From Felis catus (taxonomy: Eukaryota), in the NCBI RefSeq assembly GCF_018350175.1, contig NC_058368.1, forward strand, positions 124,250,001 through 124,314,000: a DNA stretch of 64,000 nt, read 5' to 3'. Under the pieces are notes generated by a model. The model was given only the letters and a program-made list of their open reading frames with translations, was not told the DNA's origin and searched no databases. The first letter of the stretch is position 1, and every line of letters starts with the position of its first letter. The translations under genes and the position numbers were made by a program. Positions 38,302 to 52,731 of the stretch are shown here, piece by piece.

Positions 38302-38484
38302 TGTTTTTTAAATTTTTTAATTTTTTTTAATGTTTATTTTGAGAGACAGACACACACACACAGAATCCAAAGTAGGCTTCAGGCTGTCAGCACAGAGGCT
38401 GACATGGGCCTCGAACTCAGAAACTGTGAGACCATGACCTGAGCCGAAGTCAGAGGCTTAACTGACTGAGACACCCAGGTGCCT
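38302..38484 (-). mobile_element. Can-SINE
   Basis: TSD AACATTGCCTTG. Confidence 0.9.
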
Positions 38485-39553
38485 GAACATTGCCTTGGTT
38501 TTTACCTTTTCTTGAATTCAAAGGCTTTCTTGGCTTTGTCATAAAGATTTGAGAAAAGTCTGATAGGCTTCTCCTACCTGTAAACCACGATGCTGACTGG
38601 CCTAGCCTTCTGTTTATTGTTATTCTCTAACATACTTCCAGAAACTTCTCATCTAACTCTGCAGCTTGAATGAATAGCTTATACTTTCAAATATGGTTAG
38701 TGTTTGGCTCAGTGGTGATCTCCCTGAAGTCTTTTTTTAGGCCCTTAAGCTTCCTTTTTAGCCTGTTGGAGCATAATGCTTGTAGCTCTGTATCTCATAG
38801 ATAGGTATGATTCAATCAATTCTAGTGTTTGAGCCCTGATGAAGTAGAGGAGATACCATTATGTCCTGGGACATCATGGAACAATGTCTTAAGTGTTAGT
38901 AAGGCAAGTGGGTGTCATCTTGTGAGAGTGAGACCAGTCCTTAATTTGTCTATTGCAGGGAACAATTCTTTGGGCTCTAAGATGTGGCTTTGCTTCCTCA
39001 TAAACTGTCTTTTTATTATCAGTAATAGTGAATATAATTGGTTTCTTTTTAAAAGCTTTCTTGGAGTACTTTTATATATCACATTAATGGAAATGATGGA
39101 GATAATTTCCTTCCTTCATTCCTTTATGTCACTCACTGTTATTCGCTTTCAGTGCACCAAAGATATTGTTCATGGTCATCTGTATCTGGGCTCAGCACTT
39201 GCTTTCATTGCCAAAGCACAGCCAACTACAGTCTCCTATACCATCCACTCCACCTTCTCACCTTATAGCTGGCGCCACATCTCCACATCTCCAAACTCCA
39301 GTTTCCCATCATTGAAGTCAACACGTTAGATTCTACCTTGTCCCCCTAAGGGAACTGGCAGTCTTTCATTTGCTCTCCTTTTTCCTAGTTGTGGATCACT
39401 AGCAATTGCAAGGTAATTTACATTCAATGTAAATAAAATTTTTACTAGGGACTTAATAATTAACAAGCTATCTCCTATTTTTCACACATTAGTGTGAAAA
39501 CGACCTTTGTCCTTCTGATGACAGTTGTGCATGCTGACTGAAAACTTTTGAGC

Positions 39554-39728
39554 TTTTTTTTAAGTTTATTTATTTACTTTGAGAGAGAGAGGGAGAGAGA
39601 GAATCCCAAGCAAGCTCCACATTGTCATAACAGAGCCCAATATGGGGCTCAAACTCACACACTGTGAGATCATGACCTGAGCTGAAATCAAGAGTCAGAT
39701 GCTTAGCAAACCGAGCCACCAGATGCCT
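39554..39728 (-). mobile_element. Can-SINE
   Basis: Antisense SINE body. Confidence 0.88.
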
Positions 39729-40067
39729 ATTGAGATTTTGATACAATTTGTTCATTGACTTTTCATATTTGGCCTTTGGGGATTTCTTGGAACTTATCTG
39801 CTTAAAAGACCAAGATTGGACAAAATAGAGGTCAGAATCAGAAGGCATTTTCTTTAAAAACATAATAGTTTGATAGAAACATACCATTTATTGATAGTCT
39901 TCATCTACCAGTATTAATGTTTCTATGCCAATGTCTAGGGAATTGAATCTGATGGAATTTCCTGATTTCAAAGATCATTTTCAAATAGTAAGCATTTTAA
40001 AAAATACATCATTTTCCCTGAAGGCAATAAGAAAGGCTAGCTACTACATGTGAGAGCTGCTACCATG

Positions 40068-40298
40068 TTTTTTTTTTTTTTTAATTAATTTGGTTTTTTG
40101 TTTGTTTTGTTACTGTGTGTGTGTTTGAGAGACAGAGCATGAGCAGGGGAGGGACAGAGAGAGGTTGGGGATAGAGGATCCAAGGTGGGCTCTGTGCTGA
40201 CAGCAGCGAGCCTGATGTGGGGCTTGAACTCACAAACTGTGAGATCATGACCTGAGCTAAAGTCAGACGCTCAACGGACTGAGCCACCCAGGCACCCC
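40068..40298 (-). mobile_element. Can-SINE
   Basis: T-tail plus antisense body ending GGCACCCC. Confidence 0.9.
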
Positions 40299-41334
40299 TT
40301 ATTTAGTTTTTAACTTGAGTGTTATATATCATGCTAAGGTCAAATATGCTCCTTCCTAATTACCCCATTTAATCCCTAGTGTGGATTCCAAATGGTTCTT
40401 TTCAAAAACCACTTTTAAAATGCCAGGATGCTTAGAGACATGCATTGGAAAATTTCAAAGAGTAAGGGCCAAAGCAAAATCAATGGTTATGTTTGCCTTT
40501 GTGGGAAGGAGGCACAATATTTCTAATCAGTCACTTAGTGAGATTTTCTAAAATTGTGTATCAAGCTGTGATTTAACAGACTTAGAAAGGATAATAATCT
40601 GGAGTCACAGAAAGCTATTTATATTGGCTGAATTCTATGAAGATAAGAGCATTAGAATTTAGTGTTTACTGGGAGAAAGGACACCTGTGTTAAACCAAGT
40701 GATTACTGAAGGAGAAAAGGAAAAATTGGGGGAAAACCTGGCTTCCAACAACTGTAACTGGTTAGCACAAATTACTGAATTGGTCTGCTCTTTCCACAAA
40801 TATTAACCTTAGCTACACTATGCCTGTACAGCGTATAAGCTAAATAAGTAAATTCAGAAAGGGAAGCTTTGCCAAAGATGTATCACACCAATGAAATTTC
40901 TGGAACAGGAAAATGATGATTTGGGAATTATGTATGTGGACTATGGGACTAGAAAGACTTCACTGCTAAGGCCTGTTCTGCCATTAGTTGTGTGACTTTG
41001 GGAAAATTAGTTCTTTCTTTGCCTTGGATTCCTTGTCTGTACTTGGACAATATAGGTTGATTTGATATAATGATTCCAATGAAATAATGTATGCAAAGTT
41101 ATGATGTTTATGTGTGTAAATAAATGAGTCCTTAGCAATGAAGGGAAATATAAGTGGCAAAATAAGAAAATAGTCATTTTAGAAAAAAAAATTTTTCTTG
41201 ACATTTTTAAAGTTGGGCACAAGTTGGTGAATACCTACCTAATATCTGATTTGGTCAGTAAAATATTGGCTGAGGATAAATCTACCTCAAACAAGCAACT
41301 TTACTTGGTGGCAAAACGATAGCTCCTCTACTGA

Positions 41335-41503
41335 TTTATTTATATTTTTTATTTATTTTTGAGAGAGAGAGAGAGAGAGAGGATCTGAAGCAGGTTCTGC
41401 GCTGACAGCAGAAAGCCTGATGTGGACCTCTAATTCATGAACTGCAAGATCATGACCTGAGCCTAAGTCCAATGCTTAACTGACTGAAACACCCAGGAAC
41501 CCC
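41335..41503 (-). mobile_element. Can-SINE
   Basis: Antisense SINE body. Confidence 0.88.
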
Positions 41504-41789
41504 AAGGATATCTGCTCTATTTAAAAAGGTGGTATTGGGAAGCATATTACTTCTTCATAGCTAGCAAAAGATCCTTAAATCAACTTCGATAGAAAGGCCT
41601 AGCATTAGAGAATGCTATGTGTGTATATATGTGTTGGGAGGTGGTGGCTTATTCCATAGCTGTACACAGGTATTGTTTTGTTTTTGTTTTTGTTTTTTAA
41701 ATTGTTTTGGCCTCTTAGCTATCCATGTGGTAAAGAGAACTTAAATGATCACTTAGGGACTGAGCTTTGGTTAGTGTGATAATCTTTTG

Positions 41790-42095
41790 GATAGTTCATA
41801 AATATTCCAATTCTCCCCTTTTCTGACCCATGGGAGGACTTTATTTCCTTACCCCATTTGGAGTTAGACATGTCCATATGCTTGATCTGGTAAATGAAAT
41901 AGGATAGGTGGTGATAAGACTCACATCGCATTTCTGCTGTTTTTGTCACCAAGGAGGTGCATGTTGAAGTGGAATCTACGTGAGCCAACTGTGCCAGCTG
42001 GTATGGAGCATGTGTTGTGAATGAGAAAACAAAATTGTCAGCCAATGAGATTTTGGTGTTATTATTGAAGAAGAGGTGAGCCTATGCTGACTAAG
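41790..42095 (+). mobile_element. MaLR (MLT1-like) LTR relic
   Basis: CCATATGCTTGATCTGGTAAATGAAAT...AGCCAATGAGATTTTGGTGTT...CTATGCTGACTAA. Confidence 0.6.
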
Positions 42096-43141
42096 CTAAG
42101 CAGGACAGGGCCAGGTGTCTACTATGTCTACTGTGGATGAACACAGATTCTGAAGTAACCAGGTGACACAATAGAACTACCTAACTGATACTTAACAGAG
42201 AATGATTCTTCAAAGATGCAGCCCACAAACAAAACAAAACAGAATAGAAAACCCTTCAGTATCGATGTCCTGGGAGCTCTTCCATTTGCACCAGGATTTG
42301 CCCTCCCTATCAACTACTGTCTAGCTTGGGTGATTGGTCACAGGCTTTTTCTTATATAATCCCTAATTCAGACTACTATCATTGTCAAAACAAGATTTTT
42401 ATCACTTTCTACATCTCTCGATCTTGCCACCTCCCCCTCTACATTCTGACTTCCGTCCCTTCCTTCTTTTATGGAAAAAAACAAAACAAAACAAAACTGA
42501 GTGCCTACTATGTGCCAGGCACTGTACACACTTCCATAAGCACAAAGCCAAAGAACTATGTTTTGGCTTCAGAGGAGCTTCTATTTAGTTAATGGCATAG
42601 TCTGACCTCTCTAAACAAATAATGCTAATATCAAATGGTAAGCATTGTACTTGAGATATTTACAGATAACATGTGGGCTTAGAAATAACATGGAATGACT
42701 ATAATCTTATATGGCTGGGCCTTGACATTTAAATCAGTCTCAACAACACATAACATCTTAAGTAAGATCTACAGTTAGTAGTAGCCTTTCAAACTTTACT
42801 AAGTCATAACTTTGGAAACATTTTGAGTGGGCAGAGACCATTATTTTGAAACATAAAAAAGAATGATTAAATACATAGAGTATTTGAGGAATGTATGAGA
42901 AGTGCCGATTTCATTCTGTTAGGCCAGGATGTAGACCCTTCCAACTCACATGATCTTCTCACTATTAATCACATCTGAAAGTGACAATAGGTGGAAATAA
43001 TCAAATAACAAAGAAGATACATAAACATTGGCAAATGATTTGGGCTGTTACCAGGATCAGATGTTAGAAAATATTTTACAGAAGCTTGTACATTTAAAAG
43101 CCAAAAACTGTGACTAAACTGTGATTAAAGGAATTTGCTAC

Positions 43142-43238
43142 TTTAATTTTAATTAAGTTTCATCAACCAAGGGTAGAATTACAATGAATGTGAAGAAAAC
43201 TATGGAATATGCTTTTTGTTGTTTTTTTTTTTTTTATT
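43142..43238 (-). terminator. Candidate ANKRD55 polyadenylation signals
   Basis: Minus-strand AATAAA at 43238-43233 and ATTAAA at 43153-43148 and 43147-43142, 350-450 nt after the stop; the site used cannot be determined from sequence. Confidence 0.4.
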
Positions 43239-43584
43239 CAGCAAAGCATACATTTTTAGAACATAAAATCGTTCAGGAAAAAAAAAAATCTCTGCTGATA
43301 CCACAGTGCAAGCCAAACATAGCTGTTTCCCTGCTGATAACATATTCTGACTTTTAGTTTTGGCATGTAGAGGTCAGAGCAACTCACAGACTTAAAATAT
43401 ATATATAATCAAAGATTCCAAGTGCTTGTTTGGGAAATGTCATTAGGAAGGAGTTGTAAAACTGTGAATGGCTTCTAGAATGCAATTTACTGAATCAGTC
43501 TTTGTTCTCACAAACTAGAGTAATCTCATCCCTTGACAGTTGAAAATATATATAATCCCTATTTTTACAGTCAGTGAGCCACAG

Positions 43585-43794
<210 letters not shown>

Positions 43795-45592
43795 TTAAGG
43801 AGTGGAGGCATTTCTAAGAAGCTTGTCTGGTGAGAGCCTGGCTGCAGGAGAAAGCTGTATATCTGTATCTATTCAGGCTCACCACGTGCCATCAGGGATG
43901 TCAAATATGTACAAATACAGGACAGAGCCAAGTTTGATCAAAACATGATTGGGCTGTACGTTCCTGGCAGAGCTCTCTTTTCCTGGGGTGGAGCAGCTGT
44001 TGATGGCCAAGTCAGCACAATGCTCTAAATGAGCCCCAAGACATTTGTACTGCACTTCTATGCAAGCCTCAAAAGGTTCTCGGTTTCTTTTAGGAAAAGC
44101 ACTGTGTAGCTTTCCATTTCTTTTTCGCAGAGCTAAACTTGATCAAAGTCTTTATCTTCTCTTCCCTCCTTAAATTTAATTGTGAAGACCAAAGCTCCTG
44201 GGCTCTGCCAAAGAAAATCCCCTCTCTGGCTTCTCCAAGCCTCACCAGGATTCGAGGCTGACCGGCTACTTAATTAGATGTTTTTGTGAGTACATTTCTG
44301 TTTAAAGACAAGGTCAGGCTTGAATTTCATCCAGTGATTGAATTCGCACCATCCAAAACTCTCACTTTACATAAATCAGAAAAAGCTGAGGAATGCATTT
44401 TGGTTTCTGCTGCTAACTCTGTGTGAATTTGGACATGTATCTCCACCTCTCCCTTTCCTTATCTGCATAAAGACAGGGTAATACTAAGACCCCGTGGATT
44501 ACTGATTTTACCTAAGGAATCCTAGAGCTCTCGATTGGTACCATCCAAACTACAGCCTGGGGCAGGAAAAGACGTATTGGATATTAATTTTTCAAATAGT
44601 TGCCAGTATTTTCCATATGTTATCTTGTGTAACCCTCCCAACAACCTTATCAGGCTGGCACTACTCTTACAGGCCAAGGAAGGAAATTGAAGGTTAAGAA
44701 ACTTGTTTGAACAGGGCAGTTCCTAAATCTTTCAACCTCTGCAATTAAGAGGTTATGGCGAGGGATGGGGAAGATAATACATTGCGTGTCTGCATACATG
44801 TTATAAATGAGTGGGCTGGGATAGAAAGAAAAGGAAGGAAGGAAATTAGAATCCAGTGAGTATTGCTTGTTTTCATGGGGCAGCTGACTCATAGTCCTAT
44901 AGTTTTGCTCTTGGCTCTGCTACTTACTACCTAAATAATGTTGGGAAAATCATGCAACCTTTCTGAACTCAAGTTTTCTCATCTGTACAATGGGAATAAT
45001 AATAGAACCTGCCTCATAGTATGGATATGAAAATATACAAATTCAGAATTTCTGGGTGTGGGGATCAGAAATCTACTCTATAACAAGTACCCCAGGTAAT
45101 ACTTAAGTACACTCAAACTTGAAGATCACTGGCTGAATAGAATGTTTTTAGTATTTTATATTGTGAGAAATTTTTGTACAAAATATTATAAAATAGATCA
45201 ACAATGTCAGGAGTAATATAGGTGAACAACATCTACTTGATTATTCCTTTCTGTTTAGGGATGTGTAGCCTCTGAGTACAAAGATGATACATATTTCCAT
45301 CTGTTCATTGTAATAGGGAAACCAATGTCAAGAGACCAATCTTAAGAATTTTTAAAGCACCTTCTTAAACACATTAAATAGTACATAGCAAAATAAACTT
45401 CTGTTGTTGTTTTTATAATCCAAACATAAAAATTCCTCAAGGGAGGGAAGTATTCTTTTTTTTTTTTTTAAATAAGCATTACCAAGTTGGATGAAGCTTT
45501 AAAGAACTGTCTCTATTCTATTTTCCTGTAATTTACAAGTTTTGGCACCTGATGTTCCCTTGAAAAATGAAAGTAAACTGAAATAACAGTTA

Positions 45593-45820
<228 letters not shown>

Positions 45821-45867
45821 TCATAAAATTGTTAGTGATCACTAAACTTAAGATACTAATAACAACA

Positions 45868-46079
45868 GGGGCACCTGGGTAGCTTAGTCGGTTAAGCGTC
45901 TGACTTCGGATCAGGTCATGATCTCAAGGTTCGTGAGTTCGAGCCCCACATTGGGCTCTGCGCTGACAGCTCAGAGCCTGGAACCTGCTTCAGATTCTGT
46001 GCCCTGTCTCTCTGCCCCTCCCCTGCTTGTGCTTTGTCTATCTCTCAAAAATAAATAAACATTTAAAAAAATTAAAAAA
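45868..46079 (+). mobile_element. Can-SINE (ANKRD55 intron)
   Basis: TSD AGAT(A/G)CTAATAACAACA. Confidence 0.92.
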
Positions 46080-46165
46080 CAGATGCTAATAACAACAAAA
46101 ATAATAGTAGCTACACCTTACTGGTTTTTATTATATGCCAATCACTAGTTAAATGAAAGAAAAGA

Positions 46166-46386
46166 GGGGCGCCTGGGTGGCTCAGTTGGTTAAGCGTCCG
46201 ACTTCAGCTCAGGTCACGATCTTACAGTCTGTGAGTTCGAGCCCTGCGTCGGGCTCTGTGCTGACAGCTCAGAGCCTGGAGCCTGCTTCAGATTCTGTGT
46301 CTCCCTCTCTCTCTGCCCCTTCCCCACTCATGCTCTGTCTCTCTCTGTCTCAAAAATAAATAAAAACATTAAGAAAAAAATTTAAA
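46166..46386 (+). mobile_element. SINEC_Fc (ANKRD55 intron)
   Basis: TSD AAATGAAAGAAAAGA. Confidence 0.93.
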
Positions 46387-46574
46387 AATGAAAGAAAAGA
46401 ACATCAGAAATCATTTCTTGAATAAATCAGTTTAAATATAACTTCATAAACAAGCACAGTTGGCCACCCACTCTATAAAACTTAAAAGCTTAAAAAAAAA
46501 ATAGGGCATAAAGTACAACCCATCAGTCAAATCCGTGCTAAATGATACAGATAAGTAGGGGATATTCTTCCAGA

Positions 46575-46740
46575 CCAGGGTTTCTCAATGCTGGCTACAC
46601 ATAAGAATTGTCTGAGGAGTTTTGCTGCCTTAGCCAAATCCCAGATCAATTAAAAAAGAATCTCTGGGACTGGGATAGGGCATCAGATTTTTACTGGTTC
46701 CCAAAGGATTCTATTGTGTGGTAGGATTGAGCGTCACTGA
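46575..46740. mobile_element. MER5-like hAT MITE
   Basis: CAGGGTTTCTCAA...AGAATCTCTGGGA...GATTCT...TTGAGCGTCACTG. Confidence 0.65.
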
Positions 46741-46802
46741 CCTAGAAGATGGATCTGGGTGAAGTCACCTGGGAGATTGCTATTCTCTAATTTAGGCCAT
46801 AA

Positions 46803-46997
46803 GTAATGCTGTGCTGGAACCATGTATACTGGCTCTTGGGAACCGATGGTTAAAATTTTAGGAATTTAGTGAGCTGGTTGACATCACAGTGGTGGCTCAA
46901 CATTGGCCATAGTGGAAGTATTTATACCATGAAAATCAGCAAGCACTGATTTTTCTCCCAGAGAGCCAGCTGTTAAACATTTATCAAGAGACTACTG
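46803..46997 (+). mobile_element. MER63A-like hAT MITE
   Basis: GTGCTGGAACC...CCGATGGTTAAAATTTTAGGAATTT...GAGAGCCAGCTGTTAAACATTTA. Confidence 0.7.
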
Positions 46998-49522
46998 ATT
47001 ACAGGAGATAGAGCTAAATATCTGAAAATAGAAAAAATACCCAAGTTATTCAGGTCCTTATACATAGTTGACCAAATGGGACAGGATTAGACTTTTTGCC
47101 AACTTGGACAAGAGATTCTCCCTCTCTAAAATTTCCTTATGTACAAAATGATGAAAATAATTGTGTCTGTTTTTTTCACTTGTCCTAAAAATTAAGTAGG
47201 AGAACAAATTAAAACATGTAGCTTACAAGGTTAACACTCAATAAGCATTAGCAATTATTACATTTTTATTCTGTAGCGTGTTTAACACGATCTCTGGGAG
47301 AGTAGGGAATGTATTCATTTAATTTGTTGCCTCGTAGTCTTGAAAGAATCAGAACAACTACAGTACTGCTCATAGGTTTAATTCTTGTTTGGACCAAGTC
47401 GTCCTTAGATAAGGGGAAACAGAAAAAGCATTAGCCAAGATCCACTGTCCGTCTGCTTAGGTGAGTCCAAAGGCATATTATAGGAGCAGTAATCTGAGCA
47501 CTGCCATTTGATGAAGACTGAGCAAAACTTCCAGTCTCTCTGGTGGATATTATATTTTCATTCCTTTGCATCCTAAAGGTCAAATAACTTCACAAACTAT
47601 TATTTAAAAAGAAAACATTCCTCAGTAGAATAATAGTGAGTAATTACAGTAAGTAAGTAAGCACCCTTATCAACTCATACCTTATTTATCCATGAATTGA
47701 GCAGAAATTTGCAAAACCAAGAAATGAGATAATGGTAATTATGGATAATGTTTATTGAGCTATTGTTGGGGACTGGGCTCAATCCTATATGCATAATCTC
47801 ATTTAATCCTAACAATCACTTTCCCTTGTGAGATAGATACTATTATCATCCCTGAGGATACTGTGGCTTGGAGGAGTTCTCAAAAGTGCTCAAGGTCATA
47901 TAATGGAAAGTGACAGAGGCTGGGCTCCAATTTAGGTCTGTCTGACCTAGAACCTATCCTGCCTCCCTAGCAGCCAAAGCAATTTTGGCAGGATGAGAGA
48001 AGTGGGCAGAAACAGGTTATGGCAGTGATTTGGGAAGTGAAAGCAGAGCTCAACTTCATTCTGCACTGGCATTTGGCTCAGTTTTGAAGGAGGAGGTAGA
48101 GCTGTGTGCAGTCCATCTATGCTGCAGGCACTGAAAGGGACCTCCAGCCTGTGGGGACAGGGTTGAGGACTACTGTCCTAGACTTCAAAGGCAGAAAAGG
48201 TTTTCAACTAAATCCCTTTGTTCAACAAGTAAATAAATTCAGCACTCCTCTGTTGTGTGCTCACCATATTCCTGAGCCTAGAGTACAAAGAGGAGAAGGC
48301 AAGATGCTCAGGAGGTGATTACAGTGTACGTTGGAAGAAAAACAGGTTAACGGATACTTTCGGAGCCCATGAGCAGTGCCGTGAGGGCATCACACAGAAA
48401 AGAGGGGTCCAGACAGGTGGAGGTGTCTTAACTCCCACAGAGCTCACTTGAATGTCTGCTCTGTCACTTCCTACCTAGCTCTGTGACCTACTGAGCGGTG
48501 GGCTAACCTCTCTATGCCTCAATTTCCTCATTTCCAGAATAGGGATTAAAGACTCCTCTTCTGCAGTATTATTGAAGGGGAAGTACGCAGTTCAGTTTGC
48601 CATCTGCCCCCCAGGAGGCTCAACAAGGTAGAGCTATTCTTCTATGATTCACAGTAAGAAAGAGCCACACTTCCTATAGAGGTCAGGGTGACTTTCAGAG
48701 AAGTTTTGAGGTGGTTCTTAAAAGTCTGTACAAGTCTGTTAAGCCGACAGTGGACAGAAGCTAAAAATAACATGGGCACTGACTTCATAGAGTGAAAGGT
48801 ATGGGTTGTCAGGGAACTGAGAGATATTCAAGGAACTGTTCAGGGGGATGGGGGAAAGGATTAGAGATGTGAGTCACAGAAGCTGACAACAGAAAGTGAG
48901 GCCCTGCCATGCTGGGAGGATTTTGTTTACCAGCTCAAGAATCTGGCTTTTGTCCTGGAAAAGATGTAGCACCTGTGATGGGTTTCAACCGAGGGATCAC
49001 TAGATCAGCCATACACAGGGAGGAGGCTGCATTGTTGCTAGGAGATGTTAGAAAATTAGGGAGAAGGAAGTTATCTCTTAAGGGAGAAGGGAAGTGAGAG
49101 CTTTCTTGCTTTCTGTGTGATGGCTTGTAAATAACCAGGCTGGTAGCAAACACCTCAGAGCTTTCTGTTCCATTTTCTCTGAAAGCTGTTTGCAATGAAT
49201 TAAGCTGATGTGCTCCAAATTTCCTCATTAGGCTAAGTGCCTCACCCCCCCATCTCTCTCCATCTAGCCCACTGACAGGTCTCAATGAATGTTAAGCAAT
49301 AATCATTACAGCTCAATGTTCAGGGTGGCTGATGCAAGCACAGGTTAATGGCTGCCAGGAATTCAAACAGTGGCAGTGCTAGCTAGCCCTTATTATTTCT
49401 ACTAAATCCAGGTCAGGAAAAGAGAAAATCCTATGCTAAAGCTACTATCCAAGTTTAAATCAGTGGTGCAATGGTATGACTTAGATTATCCAACTACTTT
49501 ACTGTATTAGGCTTTCATATCA

Positions 49523-49555
49523 CACATGATCTTAGCCAAAAGGCTGAGAAGCGAT
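49523..49555 (-). pseudogene. RNU2: U2 snRNA 3'-truncated retropseudogene (nt ~1-33)
   Basis: Reverse complement ATCGCTTCTCAGCCTTTTGGCTAAGATCATGTG vs U2 5' end ATCGCTTCTCGGCCTTTTGGCTAAGATCAAGTG (2 mismatches); flanked by AGGCTTTCATATCA at 49509-49522 and 49556-49569. Confidence 0.93.
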
Positions 49556-51122
49556 AGGCTTTCATATCAAATATGGCAGCTCAGTGTAGAAATCTACTGT
49601 TTCAACCTGCCTAGACTAACACTAAAACCACCTCAAGTGAGCCTCCTAATCGTAGTCCAGAGCCTCGGTAGTTGCCAAAACATTTCAAACTGAGTTAAAA
49701 ATGTCCGCAAAAATAAAATCCATAAGGCAGGAAAATCTTTTTTGTTTTGGGGAGGACAACGTCATTTCTCAGACAAGTACACTGTGGGTGATTGGTAAGC
49801 TTACTACCAAACTGGACTTTCAGAGAAATACATTGCCATGGTGATACCTTCCTATTTTGGAGATCTGGGTTCAAGTACAGAATATGTCATCAATTAGTTG
49901 TAAAACTTGGAGCAAACTGTTTTAACTCTTCTAGGCCATGTGAATTATAACTGAAAAGAGCCTGATGAGGTATAATGGTCCTAGCCTCTGGGTGAGTAAG
50001 AAACTGTGGCTCAGAGAGATATGTCTTGTTTTATCAGTTGGGGCTCACCCAGGAAAAAAGAGACCTCTCTTGGTTTTTGGAACAGAGGGAATTTCATACA
50101 GAAACTTGTTTCTATTGGTGTTAGAAAAACTAAGAAGCCAAACAGAAGAGAGGGTAGAGGACAATCCAGAGATCAGCCACTGCAAAAAAAAAAAAAAAAA
50201 AAAAAAAAGCAACCATCTCTAGGCTGGAGAGATAAGGGGAAAGGATGGTGTTAAAGCTAGTGGGGGCCAGAGCTACACAGTGAGCAGCTGTGTAGAGGGA
50301 GCATGAAGGAGATGGAACAACTGTGGGAGCTTCCAGAAAAAGCACAGGGCCATTGTGGACAACTACACTGTTTTCCCTCCTTCTTCTGCTCTTCTTCATC
50401 TGCCAGTGCCTCCTGATACTTGGCCAAAAGTACCTGGGAGCAGCTGCAAGGGAGCTTGGGAAGTGTCATTCCCTGAGACATAGAATAGGGCTGGAGGGAA
50501 AAACTAGACGTGAGGGCAATCAGGCAGTTGACTAGCACATTTACTTAAGTTTCATCATCTTTAAAACAAGGTGATTCCGAGCTTGTAACTAAACCATAGT
50601 GCTTAGTATAGGGCCTGGCACATAGTTTTAAAAAACCAAATACGTTCGTGTGGGTATAACACTTTGTTCAAATCACTGTTCTAAGTATTTTACCTGTATC
50701 ACCTCTTTTAATTTAACAGCAACTCACAACGCTATAGTTAGGTATGGTTAGGTATTTCCTCCCATATTTTTCAGGTGAAGAAACAAAAGCCCAGAGAGAT
50801 TAAGTAACAGCACCTAAGTGACAGAACCAGAATTTGAACCCAGATGTCTTAGCCCTTGTAGTAGTCCGCCTCTTGACAAATTAGAATGGCAGACCCTCTA
50901 ACCATTTAATGAATAAGGTCCTTTCCATTTCAAAACCCTATGATCTTGTAACTAAACATGATAAGAAAAGTACCTTGAAGTCAGTTGCATAATCATTTTA
51001 GCAAATCCATATCTTTTAAAACTCATTTATAGGCTGAAGATTCTTGGGAGATTTATCTTACCACAGCTCAGTTGCCTAGAATGGCTCCTAGCTATTATCA
51101 GTGCTTAAAAACATTGGTTGAA

Positions 51123-51324
51123 GGGGCACCTGGGTGGCTCAGTCAGTGAAGCATCTGACTTCGGCTCAGGTCATGATCTCCCGGTTTGTGAGTTTGACCC
51201 CTGCGTTGGGCTCTATGCTGACAGCTCAGAGCCTGGTGCCTGCTTCAGATTCTGTGTCTCCCTCTCTCTCTCTGCCCCTCCCCTGATTTCACTCTGTCTC
51301 CCTCTCTCTCAAAAATAAATAAAC
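51123..51324 (+). mobile_element. Can-SINE (ANKRD55 intron)
   Basis: TSD TTAAAAACATTGGTT. Confidence 0.92.
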
Positions 51325-51559
51325 TTAAAAACATTGGTTAAAAAATAAATGCTTTGATGTAGCCACAGCTAATTATTTAAGATTCTCTTGGATAATTTTG
51401 CTTCTTTTCTACTATTCTGCCACTCCAGGACTTTTCAAGTCACTTCACTGGCAAATGAAGCTAATTTTCAAACCGAGTTTATTGAATTTCATTTTATTTC
51501 CAATAATACAGAAAGTTTCAGATAGTACAAATGCCATAATCTACTAGTTCTTTATCCAC

Positions 51560-52027
51560 TATCAAACCTCTCTTCTCTCTTAGAAACAAAAATCCAACTT
51601 TTGAGGGACAGCCGCATGCTGAGATAAAAGACCGCAATTCCCACTCTCCCGTGCCAATAGGTGTGACCATGTGATTAAAGTTCTGGCCAATGAGATGTAA
51701 ACAGATGTGTGGACTTAAGGGCAATGATGTCTTAACGGGAGCTGATTCAGCTGGGAAAATCCATGTTTCCCTTCTCTCTGTTTCTTTCCTCCTTCTCTGT
51801 TAGCCTTAATGGACCGCGAAATAACCTGAAGAATGGAAGTCATATGGTAAGCTGTGGAGCACCCAGGAGGGAGGAGCCTAGGTTTTTGGTGATCGTGGAG
51901 CTACCAAACACCTGGGAACTACCTACTTCAGACTTCTTTCCTATGAGAGCAATACATTTCTATGTTGTTTAAGCCATTGTTACTTTGGTTTCTTTTATAG
52001 GCGGCTAAGCCCATTCCTAACTGATAG
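51560..52027 (+). mobile_element. MaLR MLT1H/J-like LTR
   Basis: GACCATGTGATTAAAGTTCTGGCCAATGAGATGTAA...TTTAAGCCATTGTT...TTCCTAACTGATA. Confidence 0.75.
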
Positions 52028-52512
52028 AAAAAGACAGCCTCTCTTGGGAACAGAAAAAGAACGAGATTTTCACAAATTTCAAAAGATTTTCAAAAGAGGA
52101 GATATTAGCCAGGACAGGACCAACTCCAGAAAGGAGGACGGGTTGAGGCCCTGGAGACCATTAAAGTATCAAAAGAAGACTAATATCTTTCCTTCCTGAT
52201 CCTTCTGCAGAACAAAAGCAAAAACATTACCTATGGCACTAACCACATACTTTAGTGCTTTGTGGAGGAAGTAAAATGTTGTGTGGAGTTTTTCTCAGAC
52301 ACCAGGATGTCTGTTTCTCACACATACATGTAAATATGTATGAGGGGAGTCATACTCTACCTCTACCTGTTTCAGACACCAGACCAGGCACACATAAATG
52401 AGGGAAGAGAGCCAGGCTCATGCTGCATATTAAACAGGAAGGAACATTTCTTTCTTTTTTTTTTTTTTTTAGGAAGGAATATTTCTTATTTCCAAATATA
52501 TATATTCCTCCA

Positions 52513-52731
52513 TTTCTTTTTTTTAAAGATTTTATTTCTTTATTTTCAGAGAGAGAAGGAAAGTGAAGAGTGAGTGTGAGTGGGGGAGAGGCAGAGAGAG
52601 AGAGGGAGAGAGAGAATCCCAAGCTGTCAGCTTAGAGCCCGACACAGAGTTCAAACCCACAAACTGTGAGATCATGACCTGAGCCGAAACCAAGAGTCGG
52701 ATGTTCAACTGACTGAGCCACCCAGGTGCCT
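52513..52731 (-). mobile_element. Can-SINE (ANKRD55 intron)
   Basis: Antisense body; CCTCCA.TTCTT duplication. Confidence 0.9.
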
